The position numbers were made by a program, and so were the translations under genes. From contig DATFGD010000284.1 of the NCBI GenBank assembly GCA_035249725.1, positions 1 through 41,424 on the forward strand: 41,424 nt of DNA, written 5' to 3'. The DNA comes from Burkholderiales bacterium (GTDB taxonomy: Bacteria; Pseudomonadota; Gammaproteobacteria; Burkholderiales; SG8-41). The notes under the pieces are model-generated. The model was not told where the DNA came from. It saw nothing but the letters and a program-made list of their open reading frames with translations, and ran no database searches. The stretch's first letter is position 1; each line of letters starts with the position of its first letter. Positions 12,138 to 21,648 of the stretch are shown here, one piece after another.

Positions 12138-12666
12138 GGCGCTCTCTCCCAGGATTCGATTCACGAGCAAACTGTCCTTTGCCATTCTACTCGCAGTGGC
12201 ACTCGCGGCCGGTGTGACGGTATTTGCTTTACGTTCCGAGCGCGCTGCCGCTCCGCCAGTAACGTTTGTCTCGCTTACCGGCGAACGCATTGCGATGAGC
12301 GGGCTGCGCGGCAAGGTGGTGTTGGTGGAATTCTGGGCGACAGACTGCGCGACCTGCGTCAAGGAGATGCCGCAGCTCGTTCAGACCTACGAAAAGTATC
12401 GTGCGCAGGGTTTCGAAGCGGTTGCGGTCGCGATGAAATACGATCCGCCGAACTATGTCATCGCATACGCCAAACGCAACCGCCTGCCGTTCACGGTCGC
12501 GCTCGATCCGACAGGCGAACTGGCGAAAGCGTTCGGCGAGGTGAAACTGACGCCTACCACCTTTCTGATCGACAAGCGGGGCAGGATCGGGGCACGCATG
12601 CTCGGTGAACGGGATTTCGCGCGATTGCACGCGCTGATCGAAGAAAAGCTGAAGGACCCCGTCTGA
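12136..12666 (+). CDS. TlpA/ResA-like thiol:disulfide oxidoreductase (thioredoxin fold, membrane-anchored)
   Basis: Signal anchor MALSPRIRFTSKLSFAILLAVALAAGV, followed by VLVEFWATDCATCVKEMP (a CxxC motif). Confidence 0.8.
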   Translation: MALSPRIRFTSKLSFAILLAVALAAGVTVFALRSERAAAPPVTFVSLTGERIAMSGLRGKVVLVEFWATDCATCVKEMPQLVQTYEKYRAQGFEAVAVAMKYDPPNYVIAYAKRNRLPFTVALDPTGELAKAFGEVKLTPTTFLIDKRGRIGARMLGERDFARLHALIEEKLKDPV

Positions 12667-12721
12667 TCCTGGTGGAGACGGTAGATAAACCCTGCACCAT
12701 AGGTGAGGCTCCGTAGCCGCA

Positions 12722-13657
12722 TCACGCCACGCCCGCTTCGTGCGCCTGCCGGTCGGCGTGATAGCTCGACCGCACCAGCGGTCCGCATGCAGCGTGGGTA
12801 AATCCCATCTCGGTCGCCGCGCGGGCGAACGTCTCGAACACCGCGGGTTCCACATAGCGCAACACCGGCAGGTGATGCGCGCTTGGCTGCAGATATTGCC
12901 CGACGGTCAGCATGTTGACCGCATGCGCGCGCAAATCATGCATCACCGAGATGATCTCTTCGTCGGTTTCGCCCAGTCCCACCATCAGTCCCGATTTGGT
13001 CGGAATATCGGGAAAGCGCAGCTTGAACCGCTCGAGCAGCCGCAGCGAGTGCGCGTAATCGGCGCCTGGGCGTGCCTGACGGTAGAGCCGCGGGACCGTT
13101 TCCAGGTTGTGGTTCATGACGTCGGGCGGGGATTGCGACAGCACGTCGAGCGCGATCTCCAGCCGCCCGCGAAAATCCGGTACGAGGACTTCGATTTTCG
13201 TCTGCGGCGAACGCTCGCGCACCGCGCGTATGCAATCCGCGAAATGCCGCGCGCCCCCGTCGCGCAGATCATCGCGATCGACGCTTGTGATCACCACATA
13301 TCTCAATTCCAGCGCGGCGATGGTGCGTGCCAGATTGAGCGGTTCGCCGGGATCAGGCGCGAGCGGCTTGCCATGGGCCACGTCGCAGAACGGACAGCGT
13401 CGCGTGCAGAGGTCGCCCAGTATCATGAACGTTGCGGTGCCCTTGCCGAAGCACTCGCCGATGTTGGGGCAGGAGGCTTCTTCGCACACCGTGTGCAGCG
13501 CGTGTTCGCGCAGGATGCGTTTGATCTCGTGGAAGCGCGCGCTGTTCCCCATGCGCACGCGTATCCAGTCCGGCTTTTTCAGGCGCTCGGCCGGCACGAT
13601 CTTGACCGGAATGCGCGCCGTTTTCGCCGCCCCTTTCTGTTTTTCGCCCACCGTCAT
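12722..13657 (-). CDS. lipA: lipoyl synthase (311 aa from the ATG at 13657)
   Basis: Cluster motifs [12 protein letters not shown] and the radical-SAM CTRRCPFC. The start overlaps the lipB stop (ATGA). Confidence 0.95.
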   Translation of the reverse strand: MTVGEKQKGAAKTARIPVKIVPAERLKKPDWIRVRMGNSARFHEIKRILREHALHTVCEEASCPNIGECFGKGTATFMILGDLCTRRCPFCDVAHGKPLAPDPGEPLNLARTIAALELRYVVITSVDRDDLRDGGARHFADCIRAVRERSPQTKIEVLVPDFRGRLEIALDVLSQSPPDVMNHNLETVPRLYRQARPGADYAHSLRLLERFKLRFPDIPTKSGLMVGLGETDEEIISVMHDLRAHAVNMLTVGQYLQPSAHHLPVLRYVEPAVFETFARAATEMGFTHAACGPLVRSSYHADRQAHEAGVA

Positions 13658-14313
13658 CGCAACGCCCGCATGAGAGATTGAGTGAGATTCGCGCCGACTT
13701 GTTCCACGTCGAGCGATAAGCCGAAGTTGCGCATCTGCGTCACCGCCAGGCCAGGATACCCGCACGGATCGATCGCGTGAAACGGCGCCAGGTCCATGTC
13801 CACGTTGAGCGCGATGCCGTGGTAGGCGCAACCGTTGCGAATCCGCAGCCCCAGCGCCGCGATCTTCGCTGCACCGACGTAAACGCCGGGTGCGTCTTCC
13901 CGACCGTATGCACTGAGCCCGTGTTGCGCGAGCAAGTCTATCACGGCCTGCTCCATGCGCCGGACGAGCGGCCGCACACTCAACCCGCGGCGTCGCATGT
14001 CGAGGAGCAGATACGCGATAACCTGTCCGGGCCCGTGATAAGTGACCTGTCCGCCGCGATCGGTGCGCACAACCGGGATGCCGTTGTCGGCGCGCGGCAA
14101 GTGTTGCGCTTTGCCCGCCACGCCGAGCGTGTACACCGGAGGATGTTGCAGCACCCATATCTCATCCGCCGTGTCCGCATGGCGATTTGCGGTATATGCC
14201 TGCATGGCGCGCCAGGTCGGCACGTACTCGGCGACCCCGAGCCGCCGCACTTTCATTCCGAGGGTATCGGCAGAGGCTATATCGCCGTGAGTTGTTACGA
14301 TCGTCATCGTCAT
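13654..14313 (-). CDS. lipB: octanoyltransferase LipB (start uncertain: 14313 or 14256)
   Basis: Contains [20 protein letters not shown]...[15 protein letters not shown]...[15 protein letters not shown]. It is coupled to lipA by a 4-nt overlap. Confidence 0.9.
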   Translation of the reverse strand: MTMTIVTTHGDIASADTLGMKVRRLGVAEYVPTWRAMQAYTANRHADTADEIWVLQHPPVYTLGVAGKAQHLPRADNGIPVVRTDRGGQVTYHGPGQVIAYLLLDMRRRGLSVRPLVRRMEQAVIDLLAQHGLSAYGREDAPGVYVGAAKIAALGLRIRNGCAYHGIALNVDMDLAPFHAIDPCGYPGLAVTQMRNFGLSLDVEQVGANLTQSLMRALR

Positions 14314-14376
14314 CGCTGTTGTTCGATCATAAGAACAGTAGCAAAATGCCGCAACCCGCGGAGCAAGACGCACTCA

Positions 14377-14880
14377 ATGCACACCCGATTCAATCCCATG
14401 GCGTTATCCGTTCGCGGCGCCGCGATCGCGATGGCCATGACGGCGGCAACGGCATGGGCGCAGCCCACCGACGACGCCGCAGCAAGTTTAGCCATGCTCT
14501 ACAACGAACGGCACCGCCTGGTTGCGTTCAAGGACGTCTGCAGCAGAGTGCTGCCCAAGCTTCGTCGCGACACGCAGGCGGCCTACGAGGAATGGGCCGA
14601 TCGCCACGAGGAGGTCCTCGAAAACCTGCAAGCGCGCTTTCTCGCCATGGTGAAGCAGGCATCGCGTAATCAGAAGGAGTACAACGAGAACTATCGCAAG
14701 TATCAGGGCGTGGTGGAACAGGAGCGCCAGGCGCAAAAGGAGGCCTTCCTTGCGATGCCGAAGGAAGAACTCGTCAAGGAGTGCAAGGCATATCCGGCCT
14801 ATCTCCGGAGCGCGAATTCGGACATGCCGAACCGCTATCCCGACGAGTTTGCCGCACTCTACGGCAGAAAGAATCCGTAA
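14377..14880 (+). CDS. hypothetical secreted protein (167 aa), Lys/Glu/Gln-rich
   Basis: Signal-like N-terminus MHTRFNPMALSVRGAAIAMAMTAATAWAQP. I recognise no domain. Only the C-terminal third of track ORF 13777..14880 is used, because the rest is antisense to lipB. Confidence 0.5.
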   Translation: MHTRFNPMALSVRGAAIAMAMTAATAWAQPTDDAAASLAMLYNERHRLVAFKDVCSRVLPKLRRDTQAAYEEWADRHEEVLENLQARFLAMVKQASRNQKEYNENYRKYQGVVEQERQAQKEAFLAMPKEELVKECKAYPAYLRSANSDMPNRYPDEFAALYGRKNP

Positions 14881-15052
14881 AGCGGTCCGTTACGCTTCCT
14901 TGATCCCTGCGGCCTTCACCTTCGTCCACTTTTCGCTCTCCGACACCGCTTCTCAGGCCACGAGGTCGCGTGCGCGAACGGAACGAGCGCCAACAACGCG
15001 AAAATCAAACCCGAGCTGTGCCCGATCGATGTGGCATTCGTGGACTCCAGCC

Positions 15053-15316
15053 TTATAGCACCATGACCACCATCGGGTGGTCGCACAGGTCCCGGTAGAG
15101 CGCGTCGAGTTGTTCGCGCGAGCGCGCGCGGATCACGCAGGTGACGCTCAAATATTTCCCGCGCTTGCTCGCTTTCATTTCCAGCGATGCGCCATCGAAG
15201 TCCGGCGCATGGCGTTGCACCACTTCGAGCACCGCTTGCGCGAATCCGGCACGCGTGTGGCCCAGGATCTTGATCGGAAAGTCGCAAGGATATTCGATCA
15301 GCGTCGCTTGGATCAT
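15053..15316 (-). CDS. ybeD: YbeD/DUF493 family protein (87 aa)
   Basis: Sequence begins MIQATLIEYPCDFPIKILG. It holds the conserved position in the dacA-(dat)-ybeD-lipB-lipA cluster. The start overlaps the dat stop (ATGA). Confidence 0.85.
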   Translation of the reverse strand: MIQATLIEYPCDFPIKILGHTRAGFAQAVLEVVQRHAPDFDGASLEMKASKRGKYLSVTCVIRARSREQLDALYRDLCDHPMVVMVL

Positions 15317-16173
15317 GCCGCTCGCCGCATCACCTCGCGTTTGAACTCCTGGTAGAGTAGATGGACGCGCCGGAAGACCGGCCCTGGCTTCCCCGTGCCG
15401 ACGGCTTTCCCGTCGAGCGTCGTTACGGCGAGCACTTCCTTGGTCGATGAGGTGACCCAGAGCTCGTCGCCGGTTTTGACTTCCTGCTCGGGCACCTCGC
15501 GAACCTCGTTCGGTATGCCGTTCGCGGTCAGGATTTCGAGCACCACGTCGTAAGTGATCCCGGGAAGCACGAGATGGTTTTTGGGCGGCGCGAGCACGAT
15601 TCCTTTCCTCACCACGAACACGTTGCTCGCCGAGGCTTCGGTGAGGTAGCCATCCCGGAACAGCACGACCTCCACGGCGCCGGCGTCCATCGCGGTCTGC
15701 CGCAAGAGGCAGTTCCCAAGGAGCGATATCGACTTCACATCGCACTTGAGCCAACGGTAATCGGTCGCGGTGATGGCGGGCACCCCGTTGTCGATCTGCT
15801 CGCGCGGCGGCGTGACGAGCGGGCTGCTCATCATGAACACGGTGGGCTTCCCGTCTTTTGGGAAGGCATGGTCGCGCTTCGCTGCGCCGCGCGTGACCTG
15901 CAGATAGATCGACTGGTCGTCGCCGGCGTTCCGCGCGACGATGTCCTGCGTGAGCCTGGTCCACTCCGCGTCGCTCATCGGATTGGCAAGCCGGATGCCG
16001 TCGAGGCTATGCTGAAGCCGCCGCAGATGTTCGGGCAACCGGAACGGATGGCGCGAATAAACGGGTATCACCTCGTAGACGCCATCGCCAAAGATGAAGC
16101 CGCGGTCGAGTACCGGGACTCGGGCCGCCTCGAGCGGCATGAATTCGCCGTTCAGGTAAACGATATCGGTCAT
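15313..16173 (-). CDS. dat: D-amino-acid aminotransferase (class IV PLP aminotransferase, 286 aa)
   Basis: Begins MTDIVYLNGEFMPLEAARVPVLDRGFIFGDGVYEVIPVY and contains EASASNVF. The length and context fit D-amino-acid aminotransferase (Dat) rather than branched-chain-amino-acid aminotransferase (IlvE). Confidence 0.75.
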   Translation of the reverse strand: MTDIVYLNGEFMPLEAARVPVLDRGFIFGDGVYEVIPVYSRHPFRLPEHLRRLQHSLDGIRLANPMSDAEWTRLTQDIVARNAGDDQSIYLQVTRGAAKRDHAFPKDGKPTVFMMSSPLVTPPREQIDNGVPAITATDYRWLKCDVKSISLLGNCLLRQTAMDAGAVEVVLFRDGYLTEASASNVFVVRKGIVLAPPKNHLVLPGITYDVVLEILTANGIPNEVREVPEQEVKTGDELWVTSSTKEVLAVTTLDGKAVGTGKPGPVFRRVHLLYQEFKREVMRRAA

Positions 16174-16180
16174 GCGGTCC

Positions 16181-17323
16181 TCACTTGAAAAGCAGGCGAA
16201 ACGAATCCCAACTCCGCCCGAGTATGCCGGCCACCGGGACGGTTTCGAGCGCCACGACCGGCAGCTCACGATAGGGTTTGCCATCGAGCATGAGCTTCAT
16301 GGTACCGACGTGCTGCCCGGCACTGATCGGCGCGAGGAGGGGTTGCATGCTTTCGACGTTGGCTTTGAGCTTTTCCATCTGGCCTTTGGGCAGGCTCACG
16401 TAGAAGTCGCTCGTGAAGCCCGCCTTCACGAGGTTATTGCTGCCCTTCCACACCTGGAGTGTAGCCACCGGCTGGTTCTTTTCATAGAGGCGCACGGTAT
16501 CGTAGAACTGGAATCCGTAGTTAAGGAGTTTCTGGCTTTCGACGGCGCGCGCGCTTTCCGATGCCGTGCCCAGGACGACCGATATCATCCGTCGGGTATC
16601 GCGCTTTGCCGAAGTGACGAGGCAGTAGCCGGCATTCTCGGTGTAGCCCGTCTTCAGACCGTCCACGGTGGGATCGGTCCACAGCAGCCGGTTGCGATTG
16701 GACTGCGATATGTTGTTGTAGCGGTAATCCTTGGTCGAGTACAGCGGATAGTATTCCGGATAATCCCTCACGATCGCGGCAGCGAGCAGTGCCAGATCGT
16801 GTGCGGTCGAGTAGTGCTGGGGATGCGGCAGTCCGGTCGAGTTAACGAAATGGGTATTCTTCATGCCGAGCCGCTGCGCTTCGCGGGTCATCATCTGTGC
16901 GAACACTTCCTCGGCGCCCGCGATCGCCTCTGCAAGCGCAATGCACGCATCATTGCCCGACTGCACGATCATCCCGCGGAGGAGCTCGTCCACCGTCACC
17001 GGCTTGCGGGGCTCGAGGAACATACGCGAACCATCCGCCCGCCACGCCCGAACTGACACCGGCACAATCTGGTCGGGGCGCAACGTCTTTTGCCTCAGCG
17101 CACCGAAGGTGAGATACGCCGTCATGAGCTTGGTCAGCGAGGCGGGTTCCACGCGCTGGTTGGGATTGTGGCTGACAAGGAGCTGTCCGCTGTTGAAGTC
17201 GAGCAGCACGTAGGCCTTGGCGGCGATCGACGGCAGTGCCGGGACGGGAACGGCGGACTGTTGCGCGAAGAGCAGAGAAGGGATGAGCAGGACTACAAGA
17301 GCCGAAACCAGTCGCATGGCCAT
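16181..17323 (-). CDS. dacA: D-alanyl-D-alanine carboxypeptidase (PBP5/6 class); start at 17323 (a GTG at 17362 is also possible)
   Basis: Signal peptide present, with the SxxK (ASLTK), SGN (QSGND) and KTG (LKTGYT) motifs. Confidence 0.9.
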   Translation of the reverse strand: MAMRLVSALVVLLIPSLLFAQQSAVPVPALPSIAAKAYVLLDFNSGQLLVSHNPNQRVEPASLTKLMTAYLTFGALRQKTLRPDQIVPVSVRAWRADGSRMFLEPRKPVTVDELLRGMIVQSGNDACIALAEAIAGAEEVFAQMMTREAQRLGMKNTHFVNSTGLPHPQHYSTAHDLALLAAAIVRDYPEYYPLYSTKDYRYNNISQSNRNRLLWTDPTVDGLKTGYTENAGYCLVTSAKRDTRRMISVVLGTASESARAVESQKLLNYGFQFYDTVRLYEKNQPVATLQVWKGSNNLVKAGFTSDFYVSLPKGQMEKLKANVESMQPLLAPISAGQHVGTMKLMLDGKPYRELPVVALETVPVAGILGRSWDSFRLLFK

Positions 17324-17451
17324 CCGAAAAAACTGGATTATACGGTTTTCGCGCTTGCGCACGACCCGTCGAGCTGAAAAAATGGCGGCCTTTTACAACT
17401 CTGGCGAAGTCTGCATTGAAGGCATCTCATCCTCACGCGTTTCATCGCGGT

Positions 17452-17901
17452 ATGCGGCTCATGGTATGTGCCGCGATATGCCTTTTTTCCGCGCTTGCCG
17501 CGGGAGAGGACGTAGTCGTGAAAGAGGCCTGGGCGCGCGCGACGTCGCCGGGACAGAAGACGGCCAGCGTTTATCTTGAAATCGTCAGCTCGGCTGATGC
17601 CATGCTCATCGGCGCAAAGTGCGCTGTTGCGAAAAGCGCCCAAATGCACGCCATGCGGGTGGAGGACGGCGTGATGAAGATGCGCGCCGTCCAGAGGATC
17701 GCGTTGCCGGCGCGAAAGACTGTGAAGCTGGCCCCCGGCGGATTGCATATCATGTTGGCCGGCGTCGCGCGCCCGCTCGTAGAGAACGAGACGATACCGC
17801 TTGAACTCACCATCGAAACCTCGGGCGGTGTGACATCAAAACTCGGTGTGCAGGTCGAAGTGCGCGCAATCGCCGCCGACGCTCACGGCCACGCACACTA
17901 G
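17452..17901 (+). CDS. periplasmic copper chaperone PCu(A)C (DUF461)
   Basis: Exact H-X10-M-X21-H-X-M copper(I) motif: HAMRVEDGVMKM...(21 aa)...HIM. It has a signal peptide (MRLMVCAAICLFSALAAG) and a His-rich C-terminus. Confidence 0.85.
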   Translation: MRLMVCAAICLFSALAAGEDVVVKEAWARATSPGQKTASVYLEIVSSADAMLIGAKCAVAKSAQMHAMRVEDGVMKMRAVQRIALPARKTVKLAPGGLHIMLAGVARPLVENETIPLELTIETSGGVTSKLGVQVEVRAIAADAHGHAH

Positions 17902-18095
17902 CGCGATACGTCCCCGCGATCCAGGTAACGCTGCATGGCGGCGCGCAGCACGCCAAGCTGCGCGCGGAAATTGCGGCAGGCGACGCACAGCGGCAGGTGA
18001 ACGTGCACCGCGAATCGTTCCCGCCAGGTCAAAGGACGGTCCTGCGCCTGGGACAGCAATTCGGAAACCTCCCGGCAGGACGGAATCAGCCTCAT
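17898..18095 (-). CDS. short zinc-binding (ZAS-type, zf-HC2) anti-sigma factor, 65 aa, with no transmembrane segment
   Basis: H-x3-C-x2-C motif (HLPLCVAC) plus an upstream Cys (IPSCREV). A 4-nt ATGA overlap couples it to the ECF sigma gene immediately upstream. Confidence 0.75.
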   Translation of the reverse strand: MRLIPSCREVSELLSQAQDRPLTWRERFAVHVHLPLCVACRNFRAQLGVLRAAMQRYLDRGDVSR

Positions 18096-18694
18096 GATTT
18101 ACCAAACCATTTCGTTTCGAGGCACGCGCGCAGGCTGAGCCGGGCCCGGTGCAGCAACACCCAGCAGTTCGTCGCCGTGATATCGAGTTCCTTACAGATT
18201 TCTTCGGTGGAAAGGTCCAGCACTTCCCGCATCGCGAATATCCGGGCCATGCGGGGCGGCATCATGCTGGCGCACATCTCGAATACTTCCCAGAATCGGC
18301 GGTTCTCGAAGGCGCGGTCCGGATCACCCCAGCTCGCCGGCGCATCGCGCCAGTGCCCGTCGGCGGCAAAAAGCGCGTCTACCATCTCCGCTTCGCTGCG
18401 CTCGGAATCACCGTCTGCCAGCAGCGGCTGTTCACGGCTCTGGCGGCGTACGTGGTCGATGATCTTGTGCTTGAGGATGCCGGTGAGCCAGGTCTTCACC
18501 GAGGACTTCCCCGAGAAGCGGCCGCTCGCCTGGATCGCGGCCAGCAGCGTCTCCTGAACCGCGTCTTCCGCCGCGGCGGGATCCCGCAGCTGCAGCAGCG
18601 CATAGCGGAGCAGATAACCGCGGAATTCCTCGAACGCGGCCGGGCCCGATTCGTCTACCGCCGTTTTCGTAGTCTGATTCGCAGCCATCTGCAA
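18092..18694 (-). CDS. ECF-type RNA polymerase sigma factor (sigma-70 family, group 4)
   Basis: Region 2 (DAVQETLLAA...KTWLTGILKHKIIDHVRR) and a region 4 HTH (LSTEEICKELDITATNCWVLLHRARLSLR). Confidence 0.9.
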   Translation of the reverse strand: MQMAANQTTKTAVDESGPAAFEEFRGYLLRYALLQLRDPAAAEDAVQETLLAAIQASGRFSGKSSVKTWLTGILKHKIIDHVRRQSREQPLLADGDSERSEAEMVDALFAADGHWRDAPASWGDPDRAFENRRFWEVFEMCASMMPPRMARIFAMREVLDLSTEEICKELDITATNCWVLLHRARLSLRACLETKWFGKS

Positions 18695-18769
18695 GGATCC
18701 GGGTTATCCCCAGCGAATCAGGAATCTAGAGCTTTTGCAGGGGATATGCAATCAATGCCGGCATACGCT

Positions 18770-18798
18770 CTTGAAAAGACGCACGCGGGTCCCATATT
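18770..18798 (+). promoter_or_regulatory. putative sigma32 (RpoH) heat-shock promoter for hsp20
   Basis: CTTGAAA (18770-18776), a 13-nt spacer, then tCCCATAT (18790-18797). This compares with the consensus CTTGAAA-N13-15-CCCCATNT. It ends about 45 nt upstream of the hsp20 ATG. Confidence 0.65.
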
Positions 18799-18842
18799 CC
18801 AGCCATGGCGCCCGGCGCCCATTCATGATCAAGGAGAACATT

Positions 18843-19268
18843 ATGGCAAACATTACTCGCGTAAGCCCGATCGAAGATGCCTTCGATGAACTGTTCCGCG
18901 GTTTTTTCGTGCGCCCGGTCAGCTTTGAAGGCCCGGCCGCTGCAGCGCAATTTCGCGTGGACGTGACCGAAAACGACAATGCCTACGTCGTGCACGCCGA
19001 AATTCCCGGCGTGAAAAAGGAAGACATCAGCATTACGATCGATGGCGAACACGTCGCAATCGGTGCGGAAGTCAAGAAGGAAAAGGACGTGAAGAACGGA
19101 GAGCGGCAGCTGCGGACCGAACGCTACTACGGCAAGGTCTATCGCGCCTTTACGCTCGAGCAGCCGGTCGATGAGGCAACCGCGCAGGCCAGATACGAGA
19201 ACGGCATCCTGGAAGTGAGGCTGCCGAAGAAGGCCGTAGTCGCGGCGAAGCGCATCACCGTCCAGTAA
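18843..19268 (+). CDS. small heat-shock protein, Hsp20/alpha-crystallin family (141 aa)
   Basis: RBS is AAGGAGA. The alpha-crystallin core is DVTENDNAYVVHAEIPGVKKEDISI...GILEVRLPK. Confidence 0.92.
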   Translation: MANITRVSPIEDAFDELFRGFFVRPVSFEGPAAAAQFRVDVTENDNAYVVHAEIPGVKKEDISITIDGEHVAIGAEVKKEKDVKNGERQLRTERYYGKVYRAFTLEQPVDEATAQARYENGILEVRLPKKAVVAAKRITVQ

Positions 19269-19326
19269 GGCAGCCGGCGGGCCGCCGCCGGTTGCATGCG
19301 CCGACTTGTTGCGCGGCGCTTCCGAA

Positions 19327-19360
19327 AGAAGGCGACAGGGCTGTACGTCTGTCGCCTTCT
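19327..19360 (+). terminator. 12-bp perfect stem-loop downstream of hsp20 (possible terminator); a second GC hairpin lies at about 19274-19291
   Basis: agaaggcgacag (19327-19338) pairs with ctgtcgccttct (19349-19360) around a 10-nt loop. The following tract (atctgctcgtg) is only weakly T-rich. Confidence 0.4.
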
Positions 19361-19405
19361 ATCTGCTCGTGTACAATGAGTGTGCCCTCACATCCGCTCA
19401 TGTAA

Positions 19406-20293
<888 letters not shown>

Positions 20294-20327
20294 GCCCAAG
20301 CGCGAGCGCGCCCTGAGGAAAGAAGTA

Positions 20328-20969
20328 GTGTGGGAAAAATCGTGGATATTCGATCTCGACAACACACTGCACAATGCGGCGCCGCACATCTTCCCGCACA
20401 TCAACCGTGCGATGACGGCGTACCTTCAGACGCACCTCGGGCTCGACGAAATCGCGGCGACGGAATTGCGGCGCCACTACTGGATGCGCTACGGCGCGAC
20501 GCTGCTCGGCCTCATGCGCCATCACGGAACGGATCCGCGTCATTTCCTGCAGGACACGCATCGTTTCGACGATCTCGCCCGCATGCTCGTGTGCGAGCCG
20601 CAATTGCGCAGCGTGCTCAGGCGCCTGCCCGGACGCAAGTTCGTGTTCTCCAATGCACCGGTGCATTATTCCCGCGCAGTGCTCAAAGCGCTGTGCATTG
20701 CAGACCTCTTCGACGGCGTGGCCTCGATCGAGTACACGCGCTACCGCCCGAAGCCGGACTGCTACGGCTTTCTGCGACTTACCCGCGCGAACCATCTGCG
20801 GCCGCAGCGCTGCATCATGGTGGAAGACACGCTCTGCAATCTGCGGACCGCCAAGAAACTGGGTATGAAAACGGTGTGGGTCAGCGCCGCCGCAAAAGCG
20901 CCCGGCTACGTTGACTTGAGCATTTCGAATATCGGGCAGTTGCCGCGCATGCTGGCGCGGCTACAATGA
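20328..20969 (+). CDS. HAD-superfamily pyrimidine 5'-nucleotidase-like hydrolase (GTG start at 20328, RBS GAGGAA)
   Basis: HAD motif I (IFDLDNTLH), motif II (FSNAP) and a late VEDT motif. Its position between argB and slmA is typical of betaproteobacteria. Confidence 0.75.
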   Translation: MWEKSWIFDLDNTLHNAAPHIFPHINRAMTAYLQTHLGLDEIAATELRRHYWMRYGATLLGLMRHHGTDPRHFLQDTHRFDDLARMLVCEPQLRSVLRRLPGRKFVFSNAPVHYSRAVLKALCIADLFDGVASIEYTRYRPKPDCYGFLRLTRANHLRPQRCIMVEDTLCNLRTAKKLGMKTVWVSAAAKAPGYVDLSISNIGQLPRMLARLQ

Positions 20970-21011
20970 GGATCGCGCCAGCGGGTCGCTGCGATCCGAG
21001 CGAGGTGGGGG

Positions 21012-21599
21012 ATGGGAGCGAGGACGGGGGAGAGGAAAACGCAGATTCTGCACACTCTGGCGCAAATGCTGGAGAGTCCGGCTGCGGAGCGCATCACCAC
21101 CGCCGCGCTTGCCGCGCGGCTCGATGTATCGGAAGCCGCGCTTTACCGGCACTTCACCAGCAAGGCGCAGATGTTCGAGGGGCTCATCGACTTCATCGAG
21201 AGTTCGCTCTTCGGGCTGATGAACCGCATCACGAGCGAAGAGAAGAGCGGAGTGCGCCAGATCGAGGCCATCGTCGGCGTGCTGCTCGGATTCGCGCAGA
21301 AGAACCGCGGTATGACGCGGGTGCTGATCGGCGATGCGCTGGTGACTGAAGACGAGCGCCTGCAGTCGCGGATCAACCAGGTGCACGATCGCATCGAAGC
21401 GGCGTTGAAGCAGGCGCTGCGCTTCGGCGTTACGCAGAAGGAATTGATCGCGGAACTGGACGTGGCGGCGCAGGCCAACCTGCTGATGAGTTTTGTGACC
21501 GGACGCTGGCATCAATTCGCGAAGAGCGGATTCAAGCGCGATCCGGTGGAGCTGTGGGGCAAGCAATGGCGGCAACTGCTGGAAGGCGTGATGGCATGA
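21012..21599 (+). CDS. slmA: nucleoid occlusion factor SlmA (TetR family)
   Basis: Close resemblance to SlmA: ILHTLAQMLESPAAERITTAALAARLDVSEAALYRHF.SKAQMFEGLIDFIE...RINQ. Confidence 0.85.
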   Translation: MGARTGERKTQILHTLAQMLESPAAERITTAALAARLDVSEAALYRHFTSKAQMFEGLIDFIESSLFGLMNRITSEEKSGVRQIEAIVGVLLGFAQKNRGMTRVLIGDALVTEDERLQSRINQVHDRIEAALKQALRFGVTQKELIAELDVAAQANLLMSFVTGRWHQFAKSGFKRDPVELWGKQWRQLLEGVMA

Positions 21600-21648
21600 T
21601 GCAGCGGCCGGCCGGTTCATTTATGTTAGGCCGTCTTAGGGGACAATC

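Noticed and set aside
12722-14158. The 478-aa ORF extending lipA upstream, the 367-aa ORF 13777..14880 and the 303-aa ORF 15053..15964.
   Set aside because: The extensions are Arg-rich nonsense that overlaps lipB or dat in other frames. Only the conserved parts were kept: lipA from 13657, the secreted protein from 14377 and ybeD from 15316.
14916-15010. A small minus-strand ORF downstream of ybeD with a signal-peptide-like string (LIFALLALVPFAHA).
   Set aside because: It has no ATG or GTG start in a sensible position (only a TTG) and no RBS. It would be about 30 aa and ends in an Arg-rich tail. The evidence is insufficient to call it.
18799-18842. A possible RNA thermometer (ROSE-like) in the hsp20 5' UTR.
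   Set aside because: The only hairpin (atggcgcc-c-ggcgcc(c)at) lies upstream of the AAGGAGA Shine-Dalgarno and does not pair with it. No U(U/C)GCU anti-SD stretch is evident.
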